A stretch of 64,000 bases of DNA from positions 10,352 to 74,351 of IMG/VR virus record IMGVR_UViG_3300025874_000006; one strand, given 5' to 3'. The stretch comes from a virus. The translations under genes were made by a program, and so were the position numbers. Shown here one piece after another: positions 34,540 to 43,480 of the stretch; the first letter of the stretch is position 1; the number at the start of each line of letters is the position of its first letter. The notes under the pieces are model-generated. The model did not search any database. It saw only the letters and a list, made by a program, of their open reading frames with translations, and was not told the origin of the DNA.

Positions 34540-34608
34540 AATATCATCTCACTATAAATTTGTAAATGTGTTTGTACTATTTATACAAAAAAAACATTTC
34601 ATTCAATA

Positions 34609-34684
34609 TGGCGTCCCGTAGGGGAGTCGAACCCCTGTTACCGCCGTGAAAGGGCGGTGTCCTAGGCCTCTAGACGAACGGGAC
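34609..34684 (-). tRNA. tRNA-Glu(UUC)
   Basis: Cloverleaf, CTTTCAC loop, CCA. Confidence 0.96.
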
Positions 34685-34685
34685 A

Positions 34686-34943
34686 TTAATAAATTTTTTC
34701 TACTAAGATTGTGACTTCACCGATTTCACTGGAAACCATGATTGCCCAATCAAAGACATCAACATGTACTGTGTCATACTGATAGTCTTTAGTGACCTCT
34801 TGGACTGCTCTTTCAATTGCACCGTCCGCATCACCATGAACGCATATCAGTCCACCCATGTGGTCGTATAGTATATATGCGTTATTTACCTCCGAATCTT
34901 CTGGAAATAGACCTGTTGGCATAGACTCGTAATCTATCGGCAT
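34686..34943 (-). CDS. Hypothetical protein
   Basis: GAGGAG RBS; TAATG coupling. Confidence 0.6.
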   Translation of the reverse strand: MPIDYESMPTGLFPEDSEVNNAYILYDHMGGLICVHGDADGAIERAVQEVTKDYQYDTVHVDVFDWAIMVSSEIGEVTILVEKIY

Positions 34944-35467
34944 TAGTACTCCTCTTTATAGAAGATATGGTCACCAATCCTACCAATCAATCTCATACTT
35001 GAGTGAGAACTCCATTTAGGACTGACATAGTTTGCATGGTAGTGAGTAGACCCTTCAGTTAGTCCTCGGTGTTTCTTAGTGAAAATCATGTCTCGTGCTA
35101 TATCTTGTGCACGTAACCAAGAATATGTCTCTACTGGTTCATCTGCAAGACCATCGCAGTACCAACTGAACTGACACATGTTCTTTCTCGGTATGGACAT
35201 TCCTCGGTCTAATCCCCACTGACTCAGTACGGCTTGTTTAACAACTCCACAAATGGTGGACGGGAATCTTCCGTGTTGTACACGGTTAAGAGTAACATCC
35301 GCAACTGCATACTGACCGGCGAGACTTTCACTTCTTGCCTCATGATATATATTCAATGCAAGACAGTTGATTTCTTCGTTATCGCGCATATTTGGAGTTT
35401 CTGCATGGACTAGGCTAATGTAACCTAGAAAACCAAGCATAACAATCCCTATCGATAAGCGTACCAT
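34943..35467 (-). CDS. Cell wall hydrolase (SleB/Hydrolase_2)
   Basis: CLALNIYHEARSE, NRV...FP.TICGVV, CQFSW.CDG, HYHA.YV.P.W, IGDHIFY. Confidence 0.92.
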   Translation of the reverse strand: MVRLSIGIVMLGFLGYISLVHAETPNMRDNEEINCLALNIYHEARSESLAGQYAVADVTLNRVQHGRFPSTICGVVKQAVLSQWGLDRGMSIPRKNMCQFSWYCDGLADEPVETYSWLRAQDIARDMIFTKKHRGLTEGSTHYHANYVSPKWSSHSSMRLIGRIGDHIFYKEEY

Positions 35468-35518
35468 AAAATTCTCCTAATGAATAAAGAGTTATTATAC
35501 AGGGTTTATAGAGGAATG

Positions 35519-35644
35519 TCAAACAGTTTTTCGTAAAAGTTTTAGAAGTTTATCTAATTTCTTTTGTTGTTTGGGGGTGGGACTGTCCCCTACCTTAGAT
35601 AGTAGGAGAGCATATTCTTTAGCGAGATTTGACTGATAGTTCAT
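35519..35644 (-). CDS. Hypothetical 41-aa protein between two early promoters
   Basis: GAGGAA RBS; TTGACA-17-TATAAT promoters at 35669-35697 and 35494-35522. Confidence 0.5.
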   Translation of the reverse strand: MNYQSNLAKEYALLLSKVGDSPTPKQQKKLDKLLKLLRKTV

Positions 35645-35697
35645 TATAGTTCCTCAAGTTGTTGAGTTATTATACTATAATGAACTATTCTTGTCAA

Positions 35698-36387
35698 TCA
35701 TTTCTTTTTCTTTTCTCCGGCAATCCACTTCTTCGCTTTAGCATTTTCTACTGGAGCTTGAGTGAACTTAGTAGCATCACGGTATGCGCGGACTGTCTCT
35801 TTCTGGTAGTCCTTACCTTCAGAGTTATCCACAACTAGAAAGTTCTTCTTACCGAACATCTGTTGGAACTTACCAATATTTTTTTGTACCGCTTTCCAGT
35901 ACTCAGTAACACCTTTGGCACCTAGTGTACGTGCGCGTTGTGCATCACGAGAGATTGCAGTATCAAGGTCAGTATTCACGAAAATCATTGCGACATCGTA
36001 ACCTAGTTTCTTGAGTTCTTTTGCTTGGTCTGCAATCTTACTTGGGTCTTTACCAGTACCATCGATGACAAGACCTAGACGACCTCTGATGTACATCGAT
36101 TGTTTGATGTCAGTAAGGCTCTTTGCTTTACCGCGAAGTTCTTGACCCTTTACGGAGAAGATGTTATCTGGATTCATTTCCATAGATGCTTTCTTCATGG
36201 CGTTCTCAAACGCATCATCAGAGTTAACAACTTTATAACCCATAGAAGTCAGACCTGTCTTACCGACAATGAATGACTTACCAGAGCCTGGGCCGCCAGC
36301 GAGAAAGATTGCCTTGAAGATTGCTGGGTCGTTGACACCTTCGTTTAAGAAGGACTTAAATGATTTTACCACGGTTGTGCTCGCCAT
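35698..36387 (-). CDS. Zeta-toxin/AAA_33-like P-loop kinase
   Basis: AGGPGSGKS, VNSDD, IDGTG, R...R.R; VKSFKSFLNE near the N-terminus. Confidence 0.8.
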   Translation of the reverse strand: MASTTVVKSFKSFLNEGVNDPAIFKAIFLAGGPGSGKSFIVGKTGLTSMGYKVVNSDDAFENAMKKASMEMNPDNIFSVKGQELRGKAKSLTDIKQSMYIRGRLGLVIDGTGKDPSKIADQAKELKKLGYDVAMIFVNTDLDTAISRDAQRARTLGAKGVTEYWKAVQKNIGKFQQMFGKKNFLVVDNSEGKDYQKETVRAYRDATKFTQAPVENAKAKKWIAGEKKKK

Positions 36388-36647
36388 AGTTGGAGGGCAA
36401 CTTCAACGATTTCCGCTTTACGAGAAGGAAGACGACCTGTTCTGCCTTTAGATGCGATATAAGTCTTCAGTTCCGCAATTGTCATAGCAAGGAACCTTTC
36501 GCGTTGTTCGTCAACGTCCATCTTCGCAGGGCCTGTAATAACAGTTCTAGTATTTTCGCCTCTCTTACTTAACCATATGCCAACAGCAATAGCAAGGACT
36601 AGAAAAAGACCAAGGGTAAATTGAGTATCATTCATAACGTTCTCCAC
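36366..36647 (-). CDS. Membrane-anchored protein with SAP/Rho-N-like motif
   Basis: N-terminal TM helix; MTIAELK..SRKAEIV; late promoter at 36671-36678. Confidence 0.55.
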   Translation of the reverse strand: MENVMNDTQFTLGLFLVLAIAVGIWLSKRGENTRTVITGPAKMDVDEQRERFLAMTIAELKTYIASKGRTGRLPSRKAEIVEVALQLWRAQPW

Positions 36648-36673
36648 AAGTTAATGTTAGTTAGTGTGTTTAT

Positions 36674-37471
36674 TTATACTTCTTTTTGATTTGACTTTTC
36701 AAAAGTTTCAATCAAAAACTCTGCAAAGACCTCTTGGGTACGTTCGCCAGGATGTCCAAACTCTTTCATGTCTTTTAACTCCCTACAGAGAGTGTAAAGG
36801 TCTTTGCCCTTTCCTAGTCCGACTCTACTGTCAACGTCAAGAGATTCTATAGAAGAAATTAACCATTTCTTGTAATCCGGTATAGAGTCTATTCTGAACG
36901 GTTTCTCCAAAATCTTCTTAGAAGAATCATCAGCAGGCATGTCCGTCAATACCGACATAACATTAGACCAGTTTCTTTTATGAAACACACCTTGTATCAG
37001 TTTGATTCCAGCTGCATCACAATAAGACTCCATCATCTTCATCTTACTTAGGGTGTGCATAATATCGGTCTTAGAGTCATAAGCAGTATCAAACCAATCT
37101 TTCATCACACGTCTCTTGTCTCTATCCCATATCAATTCAGTGCGTAACTGAGAGAACTGCGTAGTGTCAGTTTGACGGCCAATCTTCACATCGCGGGCAT
37201 CGGGCATATACTCTACAACTTCCGAACGTTGCCACGCAGACCACATCACAACCATGTGCGTTACTTTGTTAGGGTTTTCATGAAGGTAGTCTGTGATCTC
37301 GCGGAATATCTTTTCATTACATGCACCACACACACCACGGTTCTCATAGTCCAATCCCAGTTTCCTAGCGACTATAGAAGTAAACGTGAATCCCCAATGT
37401 GTGGGTGGGTCTTGGTCAAACCCTTCTAGTTCATCACCCCAGACGAAACTACAACCGGCAGTTAACAACAT
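36674..37471 (-). CDS. SGNH-hydrolase-like protein
   Basis: AGCSFVWG, GACNEKI, WS...R.E, GHPG. Confidence 0.65.
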   Translation of the reverse strand: MLLTAGCSFVWGDELEGFDQDPPTHWGFTFTSIVARKLGLDYENRGVCGACNEKIFREITDYLHENPNKVTHMVVMWSAWQRSEVVEYMPDARDVKIGRQTDTTQFSQLRTELIWDRDKRRVMKDWFDTAYDSKTDIMHTLSKMKMMESYCDAAGIKLIQGVFHKRNWSNVMSVLTDMPADDSSKKILEKPFRIDSIPDYKKWLISSIESLDVDSRVGLGKGKDLYTLCRELKDMKEFGHPGERTQEVFAEFLIETFEKSNQKEV

Positions 37472-37710
37472 TACTTAAACAGTTCCTCGTAAAGTTCATA
37501 AACTTCATTAGTTTCTGTTCGAGATTCTTCGAGGTTTCTCTTATGGAAGATGTTAGCAATCTTTCGGAAGTGTTTCTTGTCCACACCGTATTTCTCGTTC
37601 GTGACATCAACGATGTCTTTCATCAACTCTTTCTCTGCATCAATACGTAACATGCTGTCTGACATCTCTCGGATTGCCGCTGCAACCTTTTCTTTATCTG
37701 GGCCTATCAT
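37471..37710 (-). CDS. dsbA: T4 DsbA-like dsDNA-binding protein
   Basis: EMSDSM.RI.AEKE..KDI; FRKIA..FH; ELYE.LF. Confidence 0.65.
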   Translation of the reverse strand: MIGPDKEKVAAAIREMSDSMLRIDAEKELMKDIVDVTNEKYGVDKKHFRKIANIFHKRNLEESRTETNEVYELYEELFK

Positions 37711-37982
37711 AATACTATTTTCACTCCACTAGTCGCTTCAGTCCATGCTGATGAGAAATCATCGTTAGTTTCGGTACATAGTACATACTGTTGAAACGTA
37801 ATCTCTTCAGGGTTCTCTTTACTTGTCATGCAAACACCACGGGCGAAACCAATACCTTGTTCACCATGAATCAACATGCGAGGGTCTTTAATAGTAATTG
37901 CACCATTGCTATTGGTATTCTTTAACCGGCCAACATACTCACCACTTACTGTAACTACCGTAACTACTTCATTATTTTTCAT
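37707..37982 (-). CDS. Small Sm-like beta protein
   Basis: VVTV..VSGEYVG, I.DP, ATSG. Confidence 0.55.
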   Translation of the reverse strand: MKNNEVVTVVTVSGEYVGRLKNTNSNGAITIKDPRMLIHGEQGIGFARGVCMTSKENPEEITFQQYVLCTETNDDFSSAWTEATSGVKIVL

Positions 37983-38659
37983 TCTTCACTCTCAATTTCA
38001 TCAATTAACATATCACGCATTGCTCTCGCTTGCGCATCTTCAGGGTTGTTCACACTACCATTATTAACAAACTTATACGCTAGTGTAATTCGTTGACATC
38101 CCGCGTAAGCAGCGTGCCAACAGTGTAAATCTTCTTCGTGTCCCGCACCAAAGTAATAGTGTCTACATTGCCAGCCAGGCACATCTTGGATACGAGTAAT
38201 CTTATCAGTCTTCTTATCATAGTACTCAAAGAAACCATCTCCGGTCTCTGACCATGTAAATAAGACTTGATACGCGTTCGCATCATAGTTAGTGTGCCAT
38301 CCGACAAAACCGCCTGGCGGGTAATAGGAGAGTAATGCGGACGTGTGCGCACCAATCTCCGCAGCGAAGTCATACTTGACCTTCTGCATAAAGTCTCCCC
38401 ACATTTCCTTATCTTCACGAACCATCTTAGAGATAGGTTGAGCGAAGTAACGGTCAGGCGGCCCTACTAACTCAGGATATCTAGACAAACATTCATCAAG
38501 ATACTCGCGAGAGGTGTAGTACTCTCCCTTGTGGATATCATCATACTCATGATATGTCCAATACTTCTCATCGTTATAAGAAGGTTTTGATAACATCTCA
38601 TCAGAGAAACTGTCGAGCACTCCCAACAGTTCCTTATTACGAATAACAACTTCACTCAT
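37979..38659 (-). CDS. 2OG-Fe(II) oxygenase-like protein
   Basis: YYPPGGFVGWHTN, WH, R.TL. Confidence 0.65.
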   Translation of the reverse strand: MSEVVIRNKELLGVLDSFSDEMLSKPSYNDEKYWTYHEYDDIHKGEYYTSREYLDECLSRYPELVGPPDRYFAQPISKMVREDKEMWGDFMQKVKYDFAAEIGAHTSALLSYYPPGGFVGWHTNYDANAYQVLFTWSETGDGFFEYYDKKTDKITRIQDVPGWQCRHYYFGAGHEEDLHCWHAAYAGCQRITLAYKFVNNGSVNNPEDAQARAMRDMLIDEIESEE

Positions 38660-38661
38660 TA

Positions 38662-38850
38662 CTAAACATCGTCCTCTTCTTCAGCAAATTTCTCATTCGC
38701 TCGTTGCAAATCTTCTTCTGTACAAGCACCCATTTCTATCATATAAGTTACTGCCGCGCTTATTCCTTCCTGTCTTCCTATCTTCTTTCCCAAGAAATGT
38801 GAGGTAAAAAGTAACGCCAACGCAATAAAAGTATGCGCGTATGGATCCAT
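38662..38850 (-). CDS. Small membrane protein
   Basis: GGAG RBS; N-terminal TM helix. Confidence 0.55.
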   Translation of the reverse strand: MDPYAHTFIALALLFTSHFLGKKIGRQEGISAAVTYMIEMGACTEEDLQRANEKFAEEEDDV

Positions 38851-38860
38851 AATGGACTCC

Positions 38861-40261
38861 TTATAGTGTGAAGCCTTCGAAGTTCATCTTCTCAGAAGAA
38901 ATTCGTTGGCCTGAGTTAGAGTTATCAAAAACTGGGCCATGGTCTACTTCTTTATTTAGTGGAGAATCATTTTGGTCGACATCAAACAAACGCATTTTAC
39001 TTCGGTCAATACCTACAACGAATCGTTGATTTTGGCCAGGGTCATTATATCGGTTCTTTAACTGTTTCACCAATATCTGTCCCTGTGCATTCAGTTCATC
39101 ATTACTAATCAGGGCAAACATCAAATCTGCCGTGGCGGGAAGACCGAACGATTCGGACGTATCCTCAAGACCCACATCATCATTACTATAACCGGAACGG
39201 GTAGTCTGGGTTGCAGATACTACCGGAACATCAAACTCAACAGCAAGACCACGCAACTCTTCTGCGATAGATTTGATATATGTATAGGAGTTGATAGCAC
39301 CCCCCATAGACTTCATCCTAGAGGACGAACAGATGTTCAGGTAGTCGATAAATATTATATCTGGGGTGAACTTCTTCTTTAGTTTCAACTCGTTCAGGAG
39401 CGCACGGAAGTGGTTTGAGTGCGCACTACCTGTCGGATATTCTTTGATAATTAGTTTACCCGTGGTCTTATCTGCCACCTTCTTCACTCGGTCTGAGAAC
39501 ATATCCTTACTAAGATGTTCTAACTGGTCAATAGGGACGTTCAGTAAGTTAGCATCGATTCTTTCTGCGATACGTTCTTCGGACATCTCTAGAGTAATAT
39601 ACAGAACATTCTTATTCTGACTCATCGCAGCTGCCGCAGCGTGACACATGAACAACGACTTACCGACACCAGTACCCGCAAGAGCGATATTCAAAGTCTT
39701 GTTAGGTAACCCACCTTTGGTGATACGGTTGAAGTAATCCAAGTCCCAAGGCATTCTCTCCTCGTCCATGTTGTAGAAGTCCCACCGAGAATCTACATTT
39801 TCTAGATAGTCGTGACCGATGTTAGTGTCAAAGGACACGGACAGTGCCTTGGACAATACATCAGGGATTGCATTCTTGGATAGTTCTTGGTGTTTACCAT
39901 CGATGATAGAGATAGACTCCATCACTGCATTGAATACTGCACGGTCTTGACACCACTTCTCAGTGCGTTCTACTAACCATGACAGGTCTTCTTCAGCATA
40001 CTTGAAGATGTCGGGAAGAATGTCTATTGTGTGACGATAGTGTTCGTCTGACATTCTATCTTCCGAATCAATCTCAATCTTGAGAGCTTCTTTAGAGGGG
40101 AGGTTGTTATACTTGGCGATATACGCAGTGAACTCTTGGAAGATACTTTTGTAAGTACCTTCGAAGTATTCGGGGGAGAGGAAGGGGGCAACCTTCCTCA
40201 TGTACGAATCGTTAGTCAGTAGATTCCGTAGAATCGTCTGTTGTAGATTGATGTCCGTCAT
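38861..40261 (-). CDS. 41: Replicative DNA helicase gp41
   Basis: AGTGVGKS, YITLEMSEE, IKEYPT, IDYLNI, SATQTTR, KNRY. Confidence 0.97.
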   Translation of the reverse strand: MTDINLQQTILRNLLTNDSYMRKVAPFLSPEYFEGTYKSIFQEFTAYIAKYNNLPSKEALKIEIDSEDRMSDEHYRHTIDILPDIFKYAEEDLSWLVERTEKWCQDRAVFNAVMESISIIDGKHQELSKNAIPDVLSKALSVSFDTNIGHDYLENVDSRWDFYNMDEERMPWDLDYFNRITKGGLPNKTLNIALAGTGVGKSLFMCHAAAAAMSQNKNVLYITLEMSEERIAERIDANLLNVPIDQLEHLSKDMFSDRVKKVADKTTGKLIIKEYPTGSAHSNHFRALLNELKLKKKFTPDIIFIDYLNICSSSRMKSMGGAINSYTYIKSIAEELRGLAVEFDVPVVSATQTTRSGYSNDDVGLEDTSESFGLPATADLMFALISNDELNAQGQILVKQLKNRYNDPGQNQRFVVGIDRSKMRLFDVDQNDSPLNKEVDHGPVFDNSNSGQRISSEKMNFEGFTL

Positions 40262-40574
40262 TTGAATCCTTTTTCTTTATTGAACCAGTCTCGATGGCTG
40301 CTTCTAAAATATCACCTAGTACTTCACCTACAAACCCTTGTAGGTCAACATTGTCTACATTATACACGGTTGGGTCTTCTGTGTCAACAACATCGAAGTC
40401 GAAAGTTATATTTTGTTCATCACCATTAATACGAACATTATTATAACGGATGGTTACATCATTGTAGGGTGCGCGTAGTAAATCTACGTTCCACCCATCA
40501 ACGCCCTCCGCAACTACAGGGACTAATTTATAATCTAGATTTTCTGACGGTTTATCTAAATCTAATTCTTTCAT
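40212..40574 (-). CDS. Head vertex assembly chaperone (gp40-like)
   Basis: Synteny between uvsX and 41; size matches. Confidence 0.55.
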   Translation of the reverse strand: MKELDLDKPSENLDYKLVPVVAEGVDGWNVDLLRAPYNDVTIRYNNVRINGDEQNITFDFDVVDTEDPTVYNVDNVDLQGFVGEVLGDILEAAIETGSIKKKDSNDGHQSTTDDSTESTD

Positions 40575-41632
40575 GCTACGGTTTCCTCAACGAAGGTTTC
40601 GGGATTGATATCGCTCTTGTATCCGATCTGATAAGTCTGTTGAAGGAATGTAGCGAAATCACTTGTTTCGAAAATAGGTGCCCAGAACTCATTGGACAGA
40701 GTATCCTTGGTACGGAACTTCTTATCTTCTGCTTCGGTTCCATGACAACGAGAGTACCAACCATTACTTGGTTTGATAACATATCCACCAGCCAATGCAA
40801 CTTCGAGGAGACCAGAGTTCTTCTCAACACCACCGTCCCAAGAGACTGAGATTGGAATCTTAGATTGTTCTTTCACGAATCGAGACTTCTCAACCTTGAT
40901 GACAAAGTCGTAACCAGTAACTTCAGTACCAGTCTTGTTTTGTCTACGACCGATAATCCAGATATTGTCGGCAGAGTAATAGATACCAGTACCACCACTA
41001 ACTACATCTTTTGGAAACAGACCAATCTCTTTATAAGTGTGATTGATTGCAAGCATCGGAATGTTCTTCATCGCAAGATATGGAGTCGACATACGGAACA
41101 GACCTTTCAGTGCCTTCGCACGTGACATGTCCGCAACACCTTTCTCGTTCAACGCATCGTCTAGTTCTTTCTTAGACGCAAGATTACCGATAGAGTCGAT
41201 AACGATAATAACCTCATCATCACGAGTCAGGTTCTCTAGTTGGCTGATAAGGTCAAACTTCAACTCTTCGACATTTGCAATAGGTGTGTGCAATACACGA
41301 CTAGTGTCAATACCGAATTGTTCAAAGTATGATTGAGGAGAACCGAACTCGGAATCATAAAACAACATGACCGCATCAGGTTTCGCATTAAGATATGCGC
41401 CTGCCATGAGCAATGCGAATGATGTCTTAAAGTGTTTAGATGGCCCTGCAAGGACAGTAAGTCCTGGCGCAATACCACCATCTACGGAACCAGACAATGC
41501 AACATTCACCATCGGAACATCGGTTGGTACCATATCTTTCTCTGTGAAGAATTTACTCGTTGATAGGGTCGCTGTCTCCTTTATCTTCGAGTTCTTCTTT
41601 AGTTTGTCCATTATCGACATTTTTTCCTCCAA
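40571..41632 (-). CDS. uvsX: UvsX RecA-like recombinase
   Basis: AGPSKHFKT, YDSEFG, IDSIGNLASKKE, SGGTG..YSA. Confidence 0.97.
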   Translation of the reverse strand: MEEKMSIMDKLKKNSKIKETATLSTSKFFTEKDMVPTDVPMVNVALSGSVDGGIAPGLTVLAGPSKHFKTSFALLMAGAYLNAKPDAVMLFYDSEFGSPQSYFEQFGIDTSRVLHTPIANVEELKFDLISQLENLTRDDEVIIVIDSIGNLASKKELDDALNEKGVADMSRAKALKGLFRMSTPYLAMKNIPMLAINHTYKEIGLFPKDVVSGGTGIYYSADNIWIIGRRQNKTGTEVTGYDFVIKVEKSRFVKEQSKIPISVSWDGGVEKNSGLLEVALAGGYVIKPSNGWYSRCHGTEAEDKKFRTKDTLSNEFWAPIFETSDFATFLQQTYQIGYKSDINPETFVEETVA

Positions 41633-42539
41633 AATCTACAAATGTAATGTTATTAACTTTTTCACGTTCATCAAGGTCATATTGTACACGATAAGCACTA
41701 TTGATGTCAAGTACTTTATGCAATAAATCGAAACTAGTTGTAGTCCCGTCAGCAAACTCATGTGTTGAGAAGTCTAAGAATGCTCTCGTGTCTTTTGGAA
41801 GACATGCGCCACCGAATCCACGTTTACCATCAAAGCCTGGCACACGGGTGTGACCCATACCTACTCTATCATCTTTACCTGCTGCTCGGACAATAGTATT
41901 ATAGTTGCAACCATAAAGGTTGACTAGATCATATAGTTGATTAAAGAATGTAATCTTCGTAGATAGGAATGAATTGATTGTGTACTTCACAAACGATGCT
42001 TCATACGCAGTCATACGATGATAGTCGTTAGACTCACACGCACCAAAGATCTCATACACGTCAATGAGTTCTCGTGCGGCTACTGGCATACCGCCAATGA
42101 CGTGGAACTTAGCACCAACGAAGTCTGCCTTAGCATTCTTCTCTGTCAAGAACTCAGGGTTATAAACGAAACGATCGACCTGTTCCCTACTCATAGTAGA
42201 GTAAAGACGGTCAATAGATTCGGGGGTGATTGTAGATTTAACTACGACAAGAGCGTCAGTATAGTTAAGACACTTAATCACTGACTCTTCTACTATAGAA
42301 GAATCTACCGAACCATCATCAGCAGATGGTGTAGGTGCACATATAAAGAAACACTTAGGATGACGGTCTGCTGAGAAATCTGTTAGGTCATCAAGGTCAG
42401 TTTCATATTTGGGGTCATAGTAGTTGAAGTCGACAAGCGGATGCATAAACGCATACTCGACTGCCTGGCCAACAAATCCATGTCCAACGATTCCTATTCG
42501 AAATCGTGTGTTAACATCGTCTGCTGTTGCTCTAGTCAT
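41553..42539 (-). CDS. UDP-glucose/GDP-mannose dehydrogenase family
   Basis: GHGFVG, PTP, KST, YNPEFL, GFGGACLPKD. Confidence 0.9.
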   Translation of the reverse strand: MTRATADDVNTRFRIGIVGHGFVGQAVEYAFMHPLVDFNYYDPKYETDLDDLTDFSADRHPKCFFICAPTPSADDGSVDSSIVEESVIKCLNYTDALVVVKSTITPESIDRLYSTMSREQVDRFVYNPEFLTEKNAKADFVGAKFHVIGGMPVAARELIDVYEIFGACESNDYHRMTAYEASFVKYTINSFLSTKITFFNQLYDLVNLYGCNYNTIVRAAGKDDRVGMGHTRVPGFDGKRGFGGACLPKDTRAFLDFSTHEFADGTTTSFDLLHKVLDINSAYRVQYDLDEREKVNNITFVDFGGKNVDNGQTKEELEDKGDSDPINE

Positions 42540-43480
42540 TATTTAATCCCATTATAAGTTTTATACCATTCGTAAAATTTTTCAACGCCCTCTGTAATAC
42601 TAACCTTCGGTTCATAACCAAGTGCTTGTAGTTTGGAGGTGTTTGACCAAGTCTCTAGAGTATCAGCAGGGTGTTTAGGAGCAAGATTCTTAATTGCTTC
42701 CTTACCTGTGTTCTTCTCAATCTCGGAGATGAAGTCCATCAATCCGACTTGTTCACCACGACCTATATTGAAAATTTCTCCCGATGGGATATCATTGTTG
42801 CCTAGGACAACCTCAATACCATCAAGGATATCTTCCACATACGTAAAGTCACGTTTCATATCACCGTAATTATACACTGTTATTTCTTTTCCGTCAAGTA
42901 TATTCTTAGTGAAGTCAAACAATGCCATATCAGGTCTACCCCAAGGCCCATATACTGTGAAAAATCGTAGACCTGTAGTGTTCAGTCCAGATGACTGGAA
43001 CTGACATTCATTTGCCCACTTGGTATAACCATATGCGTTCAACTGTTTACCAGACTCTTGACCTTCAGTCCACGGAACCGGAGAACCCGCATACACGCAC
43101 GAGGTTGATGCATAGACGATACGGGTATCAGGAAGATGTTGCTTACAGATATCAATCAAGTTCTGTGTAGCATCTATGTTATTCTGGTGGTACGACTTCT
43201 CCTTTCCCATAGAATCCCGAACGCCCGCCATTGCAGCAAGGTGAATAATAGTATCGGGTCGGAAGTCTCGCAATAGTGCTTCTAGTTTAATCTCGTCTTT
43301 TAGGTCACATCCCCAGATATCTAGATTGAAGTGTTTCATCCGATCTACTTTAAGCTTAGGTGTGTAAAGGTGGTCGTTGAAGTTGTCAACTCCCTTTACA
43401 GTAAGTCCGCGATCCATTAAACGTTTTGCGAGTTGGGAACCGATAAAACCTGCGGCTCCTGTTACTAATACTTTATTCAT
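42539..43480 (-). CDS. NAD-dependent epimerase (UDP-glucuronate 4-epimerase-like)
   Basis: TGAAGFIG, HLAAMAGVR, YGYTK, LRFFTVYGPWGRPDMA, RDFTY. Confidence 0.9.
   Translation of the reverse strand: MNKVLVTGAAGFIGSQLAKRLMDRGLTVKGVDNFNDHLYTPKLKVDRMKHFNLDIWGCDLKDEIKLEALLRDFRPDTIIHLAAMAGVRDSMGKEKSYHQNNIDATQNLIDICKQHLPDTRIVYASTSCVYAGSPVPWTEGQESGKQLNAYGYTKWANECQFQSSGLNTTGLRFFTVYGPWGRPDMALFDFTKNILDGKEITVYNYGDMKRDFTYVEDILDGIEVVLGNNDIPSGEIFNIGRGEQVGLMDFISEIEKNTGKEAIKNLAPKHPADTLETWSNTSKLQALGYEPKVSITEGVEKFYEWYKTYNGIK

Noticed and set aside
35698-36387. Zeta toxin of a toxin-antitoxin pair
   Set aside because: No epsilon-like partner; late context and capsid-targeting-like leader fit a stand-alone kinase better
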